Counted from the first letter of the stretch, positions 23,508 to 31,471 are shown. The stretch: 31,471 nucleotides of DNA from Gammaproteobacteria bacterium (GCA_003864535.1 BHEQ01000001.1:1-31471); one strand, 5' to 3'. Notes: generated by a model not told the origin, from the letters alone. Made by a program: numbers and translations.

Positions 23508-24431
23508 TTATTCCTTAATTGATTTTATACTTTCATCTTGAGGGATATTATGTTGGATAATATCATGTTGAATAACATTATTTTGAACAATAAGTGCTTG
23601 CTCATAAACATAGTTTTTTTTCAAACCTGTAAGCTCACTCACTATCTGGGTGACTTTTTTTAGGGGAAGCTCTTTAAGTAAGGAGCTTAAGAGTGAATTT
23701 AAATCAAGTTCATGCTTATCTGCTTTCAAGTCTTTTTTTGCGACACCTTCGATGATAACGACAAATTCTCCGCGGATCTGGCTTTGATTTTGTTGATAAT
23801 ATTCATGCAGATCATTTAGATTAAGATTAAGATAGGATTCAAATTTTTTGGTTATTTCACGCCCAATAAAGCCTAAGCGCTCAGCTCCTAAAATAGTTTT
23901 TGCATCATTGAGCATCTGCACGATCCGATGGCTTGACTCATAAAAAATCAAAGTCCGAGATTCATCTTTAAGCTGCAAGAGTTGCTGTTGTCGCGCATTT
24001 GCTTTTGCGGATAAAAAACCTTCAAAGATAAAGCGATCAGTTGGTAAGCCACAAACACTTAAAGCTGTAATTGCAGCGCAAGCTCCAGGAATTGGAATTA
24101 CAGGGATAGCATGACTTTTGAGCGTGCGCACTAAGATAAAACCAGGATCTGAGATTAAAGGCGTGCCCGCATCAGAAATTAGGGCGAGAGTTTTGCCTTC
24201 CTGTAATTTGCTCAATAACATATCTGTACGCTCACGTTCATTATGCTCATGCAAAGATATTAGCGGAGTTTTAATATTAAAATAACTGAGCAAGTGGCTG
24301 GAGTGCCTTGTGTCTTCTGCACAAATTAAATCAACAGATTGTAAGATCGCTTGCGCCCGAGGCGTAAAATCATCTAAATTACCAATCGGTGTAGCAACAA
24401 CATAAAGGCAGGGTTTCATTTTAAGATCCAT
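23508..24431 (-). CDS. rsmI: 16S rRNA C1402 2'-O-methyltransferase (alternative start 24419)
   Basis: LYVVATPIGNLDD, CAEDTRHS, ALISDAGTPLISDPG, PIPGACA, FIFEGFL, FYESSHR, REITKKFE, RGEFVVII. Confidence 0.97.
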   Translation of the reverse strand: MDLKMKPCLYVVATPIGNLDDFTPRAQAILQSVDLICAEDTRHSSHLLSYFNIKTPLISLHEHNERERTDMLLSKLQEGKTLALISDAGTPLISDPGFILVRTLKSHAIPVIPIPGACAAITALSVCGLPTDRFIFEGFLSAKANARQQQLLQLKDESRTLIFYESSHRIVQMLNDAKTILGAERLGFIGREITKKFESYLNLNLNDLHEYYQQNQSQIRGEFVVIIEGVAKKDLKADKHELDLNSLLSSLLKELPLKKVTQIVSELTGLKKNYVYEQALIVQNNVIQHDIIQHNIPQDESIKSIKE

Positions 24432-24468
24432 AAATATTATTTTAAGTGAGAATCAAGGGAGAATTATA

Positions 24469-24825
24469 ATGACAAAACAACAAGAACGCGGCAAATTTGG
24501 TGAAGATTATGCCTTAAATTATCTAAAAGCACAGGGACTAATCTTATTAGAGCGCAACTATTTATGTCGTATGGGCGAAATTGATTTAATTATGACTGAA
24601 ACTGAGTTTTTAGTTTTTATAGAAGTGCGCTTGCGTGATCAAACCACATTCGCCCATGCTTTAGAGAGTATCACCTATACTAAACAGCGTAAGATTTTAA
24701 GAACCGCTGAGTTTTATATGCAGCAGAAAAATTATAAAGGCGCGTGTCGGATTGATGCAATTGGGATAGATATTAGCGATGGGCAATTTAAATTAGATTG
24801 GGTTAAAAATGCGATTAGTGGCTAA
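24469..24825 (+). CDS. yraN: YraN family (UPF0102) putative endonuclease
   Basis: GKFGEDYA..YL...GL.LLERNY.CRMGEIDLIM.E...LVFIEVR, KQRKI.RTA, RIDAI. Confidence 0.95.
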   Translation: MTKQQERGKFGEDYALNYLKAQGLILLERNYLCRMGEIDLIMTETEFLVFIEVRLRDQTTFAHALESITYTKQRKILRTAEFYMQQKNYKGACRIDAIGIDISDGQFKLDWVKNAISG

Positions 24826-24833
24826 TTGCAATA

Positions 24834-24842
24834 TGATATAAT
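24834..24842 (+). promoter_or_regulatory. Extended -10 sigma70 promoter element upstream of ftsA
   Basis: Perfect TG-A-TATAAT between the yraN stop and the ftsA start. Confidence 0.6.
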
Positions 24843-24892
24843 TTGAGCTTATAGGATTAATGTTAATATTTAGTGCAAGGAACTTGGTAATT

Positions 24893-26119
24893 ATGTTTGA
24901 TGTTGATGGTGATGATGTTAGGATTAAAGTAGCTTTAGATGTGGGTACAGCTAAAGTGCGTGTTGTTATTGGCGCGGTTCAATTAAATGGTGATATCCAA
25001 ATATTAGGACATGGTGAAGCCCCGTCAAAAGGCTTGCGTAAGGGCATGGTTACAAATATAGAGCATACGATTAATGCAATTGCTGCCGCTAAAGCTGAAG
25101 CTGAAACTAACTCTGAATTTGAAATTAATACCGTGAGTGCGATTATTTCTGGCAGCCAAATCACCACTTATCACTCAAGCGGTGCGATTAAAATTGCGGG
25201 TGATTCTGTAACCCTTAATGATATCAATGAAGTAATGGAAACAGCAACAGCATTAGCCTTGCCGCCTAATCAAGAAATCATCCACGCCTTTGCCAAAGAA
25301 TATGTAATTGATGGACAAAGAGAGATTAGAGATCCGCTGGATTTATCTGGCGTGAGGCTTGAAGCACACGTATATTTACTCGCTTGTGAGAAAACAATTA
25401 CCGCTAATTTAACCAAATGCATTGAAGCGTTACATATTAATATTGATAGCCTCGTCTTACAGTCGATATCAGCATCCGCCGCGGTATTATCTGAAGAGGA
25501 GAAGGAGAATGGCGTATGTTTAGTTAATATTGGTGCAGGCACGACAGATGTCGCTATTTTTTATAAAGGCGCATTATGTTACACCTCAATTTTGCCTATT
25601 GCAGGCGAGACGGTTACGAGTGATATTTCAAAAATGCAAAGAATCTCAACCCCATTGGCTGAGACGATAAAAATCAATTATGGGGCGTGCTCCCAAAAAT
25701 CAATTAATATTGATGAGATGGTGGAGCTTCCTCAAGCTAACAGTGTGAGCAAGCGCCTATCAAGACAAGCTTTGGTACAAGTTATTGAAGCACGTTATGA
25801 AGAGATTTTCGAGATGGTGCAAATAGAGATAGAAAGAAGTGGCTGCAATCATCTTCTTTCAAGCATCGTCCTAACAGGCGGAGGTAGCTTAATTTCAGGA
25901 CTAACTGATTTTGCCGAAGAGATTTTTCATTTAGATGCGCGTATCGGAATACCATCTGGCATTCGCGGCGGCTCACCGATCTTATCCCGACCTGAATATG
26001 CAACTGCTTTAGGATTATTATTAGATATTCAAAAAGATGATTATCACGGGCGTAAAAAAATAGAATCCAGCTTAGGACTATTTGGGAGAATTAAAAATTT
26101 TTCAAAAAAATACTTTTAA
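24893..26119 (+). CDS. ftsA: Cell division protein FtsA (alternative start 24860)
   Basis: ALDVGTAKV, SKGLRKGMVTNIE, EYVIDGQ.EIRDPL.LSGVRLEAHV, NIGAGTTD, IEARYEEIF, VLTGGGS, PEYATALGLL. Confidence 0.96.
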   Translation: MFDVDGDDVRIKVALDVGTAKVRVVIGAVQLNGDIQILGHGEAPSKGLRKGMVTNIEHTINAIAAAKAEAETNSEFEINTVSAIISGSQITTYHSSGAIKIAGDSVTLNDINEVMETATALALPPNQEIIHAFAKEYVIDGQREIRDPLDLSGVRLEAHVYLLACEKTITANLTKCIEALHINIDSLVLQSISASAAVLSEEEKENGVCLVNIGAGTTDVAIFYKGALCYTSILPIAGETVTSDISKMQRISTPLAETIKINYGACSQKSINIDEMVELPQANSVSKRLSRQALVQVIEARYEEIFEMVQIEIERSGCNHLLSSIVLTGGGSLISGLTDFAEEIFHLDARIGIPSGIRGGSPILSRPEYATALGLLLDIQKDDYHGRKKIESSLGLFGRIKNFSKKYF

Positions 26120-26126
26120 GATTATT

Positions 26127-26143
26127 GTAACTGCTCAGCAGTA
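26127..26143. repeat. Third copy of the TAAYTRCTCAGCAGYTA palindrome
   Basis: GTAACTGCTCAGCAGTA, 8 bp after the ftsA stop; related copies at 11953 and 12918. Confidence 0.65.
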
Positions 26144-26332
26144 TTAACATATTTATTTTTATATACTACGCCTTGAATATCAAATAATGACAACCTTAAA
26201 TCAACCAGCTAAATATTATTAAAATAGGATCATAAAATTCTAGATAACCATATTACGCATGCTCTTAAAAGTATAATCGAGTAAGCGAACTTTCATCGCC
26301 TAGTTGTAATCCATGCCCGTCACACCCAAATC

Positions 26333-26362
26333 AAAAAGGCCAGCATTAATACTGGCTTTTTT
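26333..26362. terminator. Bidirectional intrinsic terminator between ftsA and hicB
   Basis: AAAAAGGCCAG-cattaata-CTGGCTTTTTT with A and T tracts on either side. Confidence 0.85.
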
Positions 26363-26386
26363 AAAATTCAAATTAAACTACTAAAA

Positions 26387-26803
26387 CTACTGGACACTTA
26401 ACACAAGTGTTTTATCAAGCTTAGCTAACGCACTTGCGATAAAGTCAATTTTAGTTGCATGATGTAAATTAACTAACCTAGTTACTTGTTGCTTTTGCAC
26501 CTGTAAACGCCGAGCTAATTCAGATTGGCTTACATTTTGCGAGATTAGCTCATTTAACAATAAAACTTTAGCCCATGCGCTCGCAGGTAATTCAATTAAC
26601 ACATCTCCTTCTTGCGCTACGCTTGGAGTCGGTACGATCCGTTTTTTGTCAAAATAAAAATCTAACGCGACTAAAAGCACATCTTGTGCCATAAACAGTG
26701 CGTCGTCATAATTATCGCCGCATGTTGCAGCTTCTGGTATATCTCTACAAATAACTGTATAAAGCCCTTTTTCATTTTTTTCAAAGCTGGCAGGATAATA
26801 CAT
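26387..26803 (-). CDS. hicB: HicB antitoxin with C-terminal HTH
   Basis: YPASF, VICRDIPEAATCGD..DDAL.MAQDVL, LPAS..AKVLLLNE, SQSELARRL; lies directly downstream of hicA. Confidence 0.93.
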   Translation of the reverse strand: MYYPASFEKNEKGLYTVICRDIPEAATCGDNYDDALFMAQDVLLVALDFYFDKKRIVPTPSVAQEGDVLIELPASAWAKVLLLNELISQNVSQSELARRLQVQKQQVTRLVNLHHATKIDFIASALAKLDKTLVLSVQ

Positions 26804-26833
26804 AAAAACCCCTTATTCACATGGCATAAATTA

Positions 26834-26863
26834 CACCCTTTTAGCGTGTAAGCTAAAAGGGTG
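26834..26863. other. Perfect 12-bp hairpin between hicA and hicB
   Basis: CACCCTTTTAGC-gtgtaa-GCTAAAAGGGTG. Confidence 0.85.
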
Positions 26864-26867
26864 GATC

Positions 26868-27044
26868 TTAATTAATTCCTAATTGCTTCAAAATATGCTT
26901 TCTCAGGGCTTCAGGAATTTCTTTGCTAGGGTGTCTTGGTAAGTGGCTGCATTTGTCGTTTAAATAAACCTTGGTGTGATTAGCACCTTCGTCAAATGTT
27001 GCTCCTTGCCTTGCCAACCATCTTTTAAACTCGCTTTGCTTCAT
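26868..27044 (-). CDS. hicA: HicA mRNA interferase toxin (58 aa; absent from the ORF track)
   Basis: Manual translation MKQSEFKRWLARQGATFDEGANHTKVYLNDKCSHLPRHPSKEIPEALRKHILKQLGIN, closely like E. coli HicA. Catalytic GxNH His, PRH motif, CAGGAG RBS. Confidence 0.95.
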   Translation of the reverse strand: MKQSEFKRWLARQGATFDEGANHTKVYLNDKCSHLPRHPSKEIPEALRKHILKQLGIN

Positions 27045-27072
27045 TTACAACTCCTGTTTAAAAGATGCGTTT

Positions 27073-27101
27073 ATTATACACGGAAAAACCTTAAGGTAAA
27101 C
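27073..27101 (-). promoter_or_regulatory. Probable hicAB promoter and operator
   Basis: Minus-strand TATAAT at 27078-27073. Palindrome ACCTTAAGGT (27088-27097) overlaps the spacer and -35 region. Confidence 0.5.
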
Positions 27102-27263
27102 CGTTTTGATTACCTCTACTATCTCTCTTTTCTTTGTCCATCCGTACGCAACCTTTAATAGTCTCAACATCTGAATAAGTTGTTATTTTTTAAAAAACTC
27201 ATAAAATAAAAAGAATGATTTATACTAACGCCCGTATTTTTGGCTTATTGATTAGGAGAAGCT

Positions 27264-28271
27264 ATGCTAACAGCATTTGTATTAAAAGACGGGCGCTTAG
27301 AGCAAACTCAAATAACTTCAAAACAAGATCTGAGTATGGACATGATCTGGATAGATATGGTCGATCCTGATGAATCAGAGCGTTTATTGATTGAAGAATA
27401 TTATAAATTTGAGTTGCCTGAAAAAACAGATATCAAAGATATTGAAGCTTCAGCAAGATTTTATGAGGATGAAGATGGGATCCATATCCACAGTTTCTTT
27501 CTCAATGATTTTGATGATAACGCAAATAACATAACCGTTGCTTTTTCAATTTACGGTGGGCGTTTATTCACGCTGCATGATCAAGATTTAACTGCATTTA
27601 GACTATATAGAATGCGGGCACGCAGACTTAATTCTGGTGATAAGGAAAGTGTAAGTGATGTTATGGATATCCTTTTAGGACTCCATGAAACTTCAATCGA
27701 GCACGTTGCGGATATTTTAGAGGGAATTTACTCAAAGCTTGAGACTGTAAGCCAACAAGTATTACGCCGTCAAAGTAAAGTACCTGAAACGGAGTCTGGT
27801 AAAGTTCCTTTAACCAAATCCTCACAAGATATGGCGTTTGCCTTATCTGAAATTGCAATCCAAGAAGATATTAACGGCAAAGCGCGGCTTTCTTTAATGG
27901 ATACGCGTCGTTCTTTATCATTTTTATTACGTGGTAAGTTATTAACACTCGAGCAAACTGAAGATGTAAAAGAGATTATGCGTGATATTGAATCACTTAC
28001 CAGCCATACATCTTTCTTATTTGATAAAGTCAACTTTTTGTTAGATGCCTCAATGGGGATGATCTCGCTTGAACAGAGCAAAATTATCAAAATATTTTCT
28101 ATCGCCTCCGTAGTTTTTTTACCACCAACCGTGGTTGCGAGTGTTTATGGGATGAACTTTGAGATTATGCCAGAGCTAAAATGGCAATACGGCTACATAT
28201 TTGCGCTAGCTTTGCTAGTTTTATCAGGAGTTACTCCATATTTATTTTTTAAACGTAAAGGTTGGTTGTAG
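27264..28271 (+). CDS. corA: Magnesium/cobalt transporter CorA
   Basis: DIEASARFYEDEDGIHIHSFF, signature YGMNF, MPELKWQYGY, ends FKRKGWL; AGGAG RBS. Confidence 0.96.
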   Translation: MLTAFVLKDGRLEQTQITSKQDLSMDMIWIDMVDPDESERLLIEEYYKFELPEKTDIKDIEASARFYEDEDGIHIHSFFLNDFDDNANNITVAFSIYGGRLFTLHDQDLTAFRLYRMRARRLNSGDKESVSDVMDILLGLHETSIEHVADILEGIYSKLETVSQQVLRRQSKVPETESGKVPLTKSSQDMAFALSEIAIQEDINGKARLSLMDTRRSLSFLLRGKLLTLEQTEDVKEIMRDIESLTSHTSFLFDKVNFLLDASMGMISLEQSKIIKIFSIASVVFLPPTVVASVYGMNFEIMPELKWQYGYIFALALLVLSGVTPYLFFKRKGWL

Positions 28272-28298
28272 CAGCTGTTTATTAATCCTCACCCATAA

Positions 28299-28334
28299 AA
28301 AAGACCACTACATAATAAAATGAAGTGGTCTTTT
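28299..28334. terminator. Bidirectional terminator between corA and the autotransporter
   Basis: AAAAGACCACT...AGTGGTCTTTT 11-bp stem. Confidence 0.8.
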
Positions 28335-28385
28335 GTTTATCTTGATTAAAATTTATAAGTTTTAGTTTTAGTTTTAACTTTAAAC

Positions 28386-30257
28386 CTAAAAACTATAGCG
28401 ATAACCTACATTTGCTTGGATTTGATCAAATTTAGAGCCTGTAGAATAAGTTCCATCGACAAATAAATGATGTTGCTTATTAATTTGAGTTGTTAAGCCA
28501 ATCCCATTCTCCCATCTGCTACCGCCAAAATCGTGTTTTTCTTGGCTGCCATTTAAGCTATACGCTATTTTACCGCTGGCTTCTTTAATATAGCCTGTTT
28601 TAAAATACACGTTGAGCGGATTGCTGCCATCTTTAATCTCATACCCGACAATGCCACTAATACGTACTAGAGTTGAGTTATAGCTATCAAGATCAATTCT
28701 AGTTTGATTAGCAAGGCTTGAAGTACTGTTTTGATGTGCATAAGTTAGCTGCGCTTGTGGTTCGATATAGTATCCTGATTTGCTCTCACTAAGATAAAAG
28801 CGTTTGCCAAGCTCTAAACTTACGCTGCGTCCATTGCTGCTTGCATCGCTGTTGATTTGCCCATCATCAACACGTTTGATGTTAAAGCTATTTTTAAGAT
28901 GGCTATATTTAACCGTTGCATCAATATAAAAATCATTTGGCATAACATACGAGCCATAAACCCCAAAATGATAGCCTTTAACCGTACCATCTCCAGCGAC
29001 ATAATTTGTATTAGCATTGGTTGTACCTGCCATAACCCCAAGATATATATCAGAATTACTGATGCTTAGGCGTTTATCCACACCAATTTGCACACCTGTG
29101 TAATTCATATCAAATCCGCTAAGTTTGCCTGTCCCAAAAGAGTTGAACTTACCTGCAAATGCACGCACCCAAACACCTCCTTCACTATTGTCTACACTTC
29201 TAAGCTCGCCCATTCTTTGAAATAGAGTTTGAGTTTGGGCATAATTGAGTAAATAACCAACATTCAAGAAGTTACCTGAGTTATCTGCGCTATCTGTAAG
29301 TTCTCCGCCACCAGGAGGAGTTCCGCCATCAATAGGGGGCGTTCCACCATCAATAGGAGGAGAGATCGGTGTACTCACACCTGATGAGTATAGCTCCCAG
29401 TTATTGCTATCCGTACTGCTACGGCGAATATTGTACTTATAACCGCCAAGATCAACTGATTTAGTGTAGGCAAGCAAACTAAACTCTGCGATTCCATCTG
29501 CGGTATCAACTAAGAGTAATACCTCATCCCCAGTAGTTGCAAGATCACCACGGTTGATAACTCTTATATTATGAGAGCCTTCGCTTGTTCCTGTTACTAT
29601 AAGTTTATCTGCATCTGCCGTATCCATATTAATCCGCATCACAAAGTTGCCGTTATTCCCAGCAAGATCTTGTATATACAAAGCTGAACCTGTTTCATCT
29701 GCACTAAAATCAACGGTACTATTATTTAATGTAAGATTAGTTAATACCGAATCTTGAATCATATTCCAGCGACTGTCGGTAAGCTCCATGTTGACCACAC
29801 TGCCATTGATTTCATCAATAGATGTACCACCAGTTAAGACCGAACCTGCACTCATTTTTAAATCAATAATGCCATCACCATACGCATTAATTCCACCATC
29901 AATAGTCATTTTACCTGTGGCAGTGATTTTACTTTGATCATAAGGTTGACCGCTAACACTATCTCCTGTTTCAATAGCACTGCCTGTATTGTCGCTAAGT
30001 GTAATAACGGTGTCGCCCGTTAAGGTAACCTCACCACCATTATTAGCATAAACACCACGCCCTTCATTAAGCACATTGATACTTATATTATCGCCATCGA
30101 TTACAGTGTCCCAACCTATCGCCGCAACACCAGCAATAGCAGTAATAGCAGAAACGCTATTATCAAGGGTAATATCTGTATATTTTAGATTGATGCGAGC
30201 ATCACGATAATCTGCTATTGCTCCATATTCACCGCCAGAAAAAAGGTAAGCGTCCAT
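28386..30257 (-). pseudogene. Type Va autotransporter (pertactin-like junction plus beta-barrel), 5'-truncated by IS66
   Basis: Beta-helix passenger remnant, WNMIQDSVLTNLTL autochaperone region, barrel motifs GGVWVR, YIEPQAQL, C-terminal GYRYSF. No signal peptide; in-frame stop 6 codons upstream; the first four codons lie inside the IS66 end. Confidence 0.85.
29314..29361 (-). repeat. 21-bp coding tandem repeat (PPIDGGT x2 plus PP) in the autotransporter linker
   Basis: GGAGGAGTTCCGCCATCAATA / GGGGGCGTTCCACCATCAATA / GGAGGA on the plus strand. Confidence 0.85.
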
Positions 30258-31243
30258 TAAACCCCATCTTGCCTAAAAATAAAAAGAATGATAACTGCTT
30301 TGTGTAAAAATATAAATTTTACCTTATGGTAGATTTATAAATCCAAATTTAATTTTAAAAAATATCGCAAAATACGCATAAATATTGCTCAAATAAGCAT
30401 ATTTTAGTATATATTACATGCAATATGATATATAATTAGTTATGAAAATTACTAATGAAGTAGAAAATAAAACAAACACTATAGCTCAAGAAAATACTGA
30501 GCTAAGGCTTGAGCTTTCAAAAGCAAAAGATTTGATCGCCTTCCTTTTGGAGCAACTTTATCTTTTAAAACATCAAAAATTTGGATCTTCTTCTGAAAAA
30601 ATGCTTAATCAGCCGAATTTATTCAATGACGCTGAGTGCATTGCTGATAATCTAGAAGAGCAAGATAAAAATAATATTATCACTGATGATTCTGAAAACA
30701 CTGAAAATTGCGAAGATTGCGAAGACGATTCAGAGCCTGATTTGGCTAATCCTAAAATGAATAAAAGAAAGGCTCTGCCTGACTATTTGCCGCGAACCAT
30801 TGTCAATCACGATCTTCCAGAATCAGAAAAAGAATGCCAAAAATGCGGCTCTGAGCTAAAATTCATGCGTACGGAAGATTCAGAGCAATTTATTTTAATT
30901 CCTGCAAAAATTGAAGTCGTTGTTAATAAACGTAATGTTTACAAGTGTACTTGCTGCGAAGGAGTCATCAAAACCGCCGCAAAGCCGCCGCAAGCTATTG
31001 AAAAATCTATCGCAAGTCCTTCATTATTAAGCTTTGTTATAATGTCTAAGCATGTAGATAGGCTGCCTTTATATCATATCAACAGTATGTTTGATCGCAT
31101 TGGCGTTCAAATTTCACGAACTACGCTCTCTAACTGGATGATTAAATGCGGTATTTTAGTTCAGCCGCTCGTAAATCTCATGCAAGAACGTATTTTAGAG
31201 CAAGAATGTATTCATATGGATGAAACTCGTGTTCAGGTACTTA
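30246..31243 (+). mobile_element. IS66-family element, left part (interrupted)
   Basis: Begins GTAAGCGTCCATTAAACCCCATCTTG, matching the GTAAGCG-type IS66 terminal repeat, followed by a TnpC gene. Confidence 0.8.
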
Positions 31244-31323
31244 GTGTCTGTTCGGAAACTCTGCAAGCAGCCAATAATGATACGATGCATCTAAAATATA
31301 GCCAGAGTAGCATTAGCTTTTGA
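30442..31323 (+). pseudogene. tnpC: IS66 transposase TnpC, C-terminally truncated
   Basis: Leucine zipper with QKFGSSSEK, RKALPDYLPR, zinc finger CQKCG...CTCC, LPLYH, SRTTLSNW, IHMDETRVQVL. Unrelated residues follow 31243, so the rest of the DDE domain is missing. Confidence 0.88.
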
Positions 31324-31471
31324 GAGTTATTTTTAAATAAAAGTACCTGTTTAAGCCATTCACCTTAAAAAGATCACGCCATTACTGGATTGATTTCCAA
31401 ACAACTGATGCAGGTTAAAAAAAGTTATCCACTATTTTGTTAATATTTCTAAAATAATCTGGGTTGCATTA
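31244..31471 (-). mobile_element. Putative end of a degenerate IS5-family element inserted in tnpC
   Basis: Abrupt switch after TTA to GTGTCTGTTCGGAAACT (terminal-repeat-like). Minus-strand frameshifted fragments resemble IS5 transposase C-termini (LYFRCIV, EFPNRH-stop). Confidence 0.45.

Noticed and set aside
24827-24843. TGCAATATGATATA shared between the ftsA promoter and the region before IS66 tnpC (30419-30432)
   Set aside because: A 14-bp match in very AT-rich promoter-like DNA with no functional link; probably coincidence.
26283-26301. Minus-strand GGCGATGAAAGTTCGCTT resembling the start of a fluoride (crcB) riboswitch
   Set aside because: The downstream conserved GCURAUGRC...UAC segment is not matched and no downstream gene lies on that strand. 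An Infernal search would settle it.
26813-26827. Mini-ORF MPCE-stop on the minus strand before hicB
   Set aside because: Four codons with no clear RBS; expected by chance.
27215-27370. Out-of-frame upstream ORF overlapping the corA start (possible Mg-sensing leader)
   Set aside because: No RBS and no diagnostic composition; cannot be supported from sequence.
21973-29069. ORFs 21973-22206(-), 24979-25167(-), 25270-25542(-), 25782-26003(-), 26976-27158(+), 27661-27858(-), 27770-28090(-), 28820-29041(-), 28857-29069(+)
   Set aside because: Shadows of rhuM, ftsA, hicA, corA and the autotransporter. 26976-27158 is antisense to the real hicA.

Overview
AT-rich chromosomal window from a non-enteric gammaproteobacterium (inferred from RpsA, IhfB and GuaB sequence style). 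Core genes (accA, guaB, cmk, rpsA, ihfB, rimO, a TPR envelope protein, rsmI, yraN, ftsA, corA) sit in unusually shuffled order: guaB has no guaA, ftsA has no ftsQ/ftsZ, and rsmI/yraN have no lpoA. Accessory modules are interleaved: (1) a beta-glucoside PTS operon (BglG-type RAT plus terminator, bglF, GH1 phospho-beta-glucosidase, exported histidine phosphatase) with no antiterminator gene in the window; (2) an intact Type I restriction subunit hsdR with no hsdM/hsdS, directly followed by darT-darG; (3) yefM-yoeB, a class III Fic, RhuM and hicAB (hicA is missing from the ORF track); (4) an orphan, divergent CbiE-CbiT fusion; (5) an autotransporter decapitated by an IS66 element, whose TnpC is in turn cut by an IS5-like remnant. 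At least three families of small intergenic repeats are visible. The best candidate for an undescribed system is the hsdR-darT-darG unit lacking M and S subunits. No rRNA, tRNA or CRISPR array was seen.
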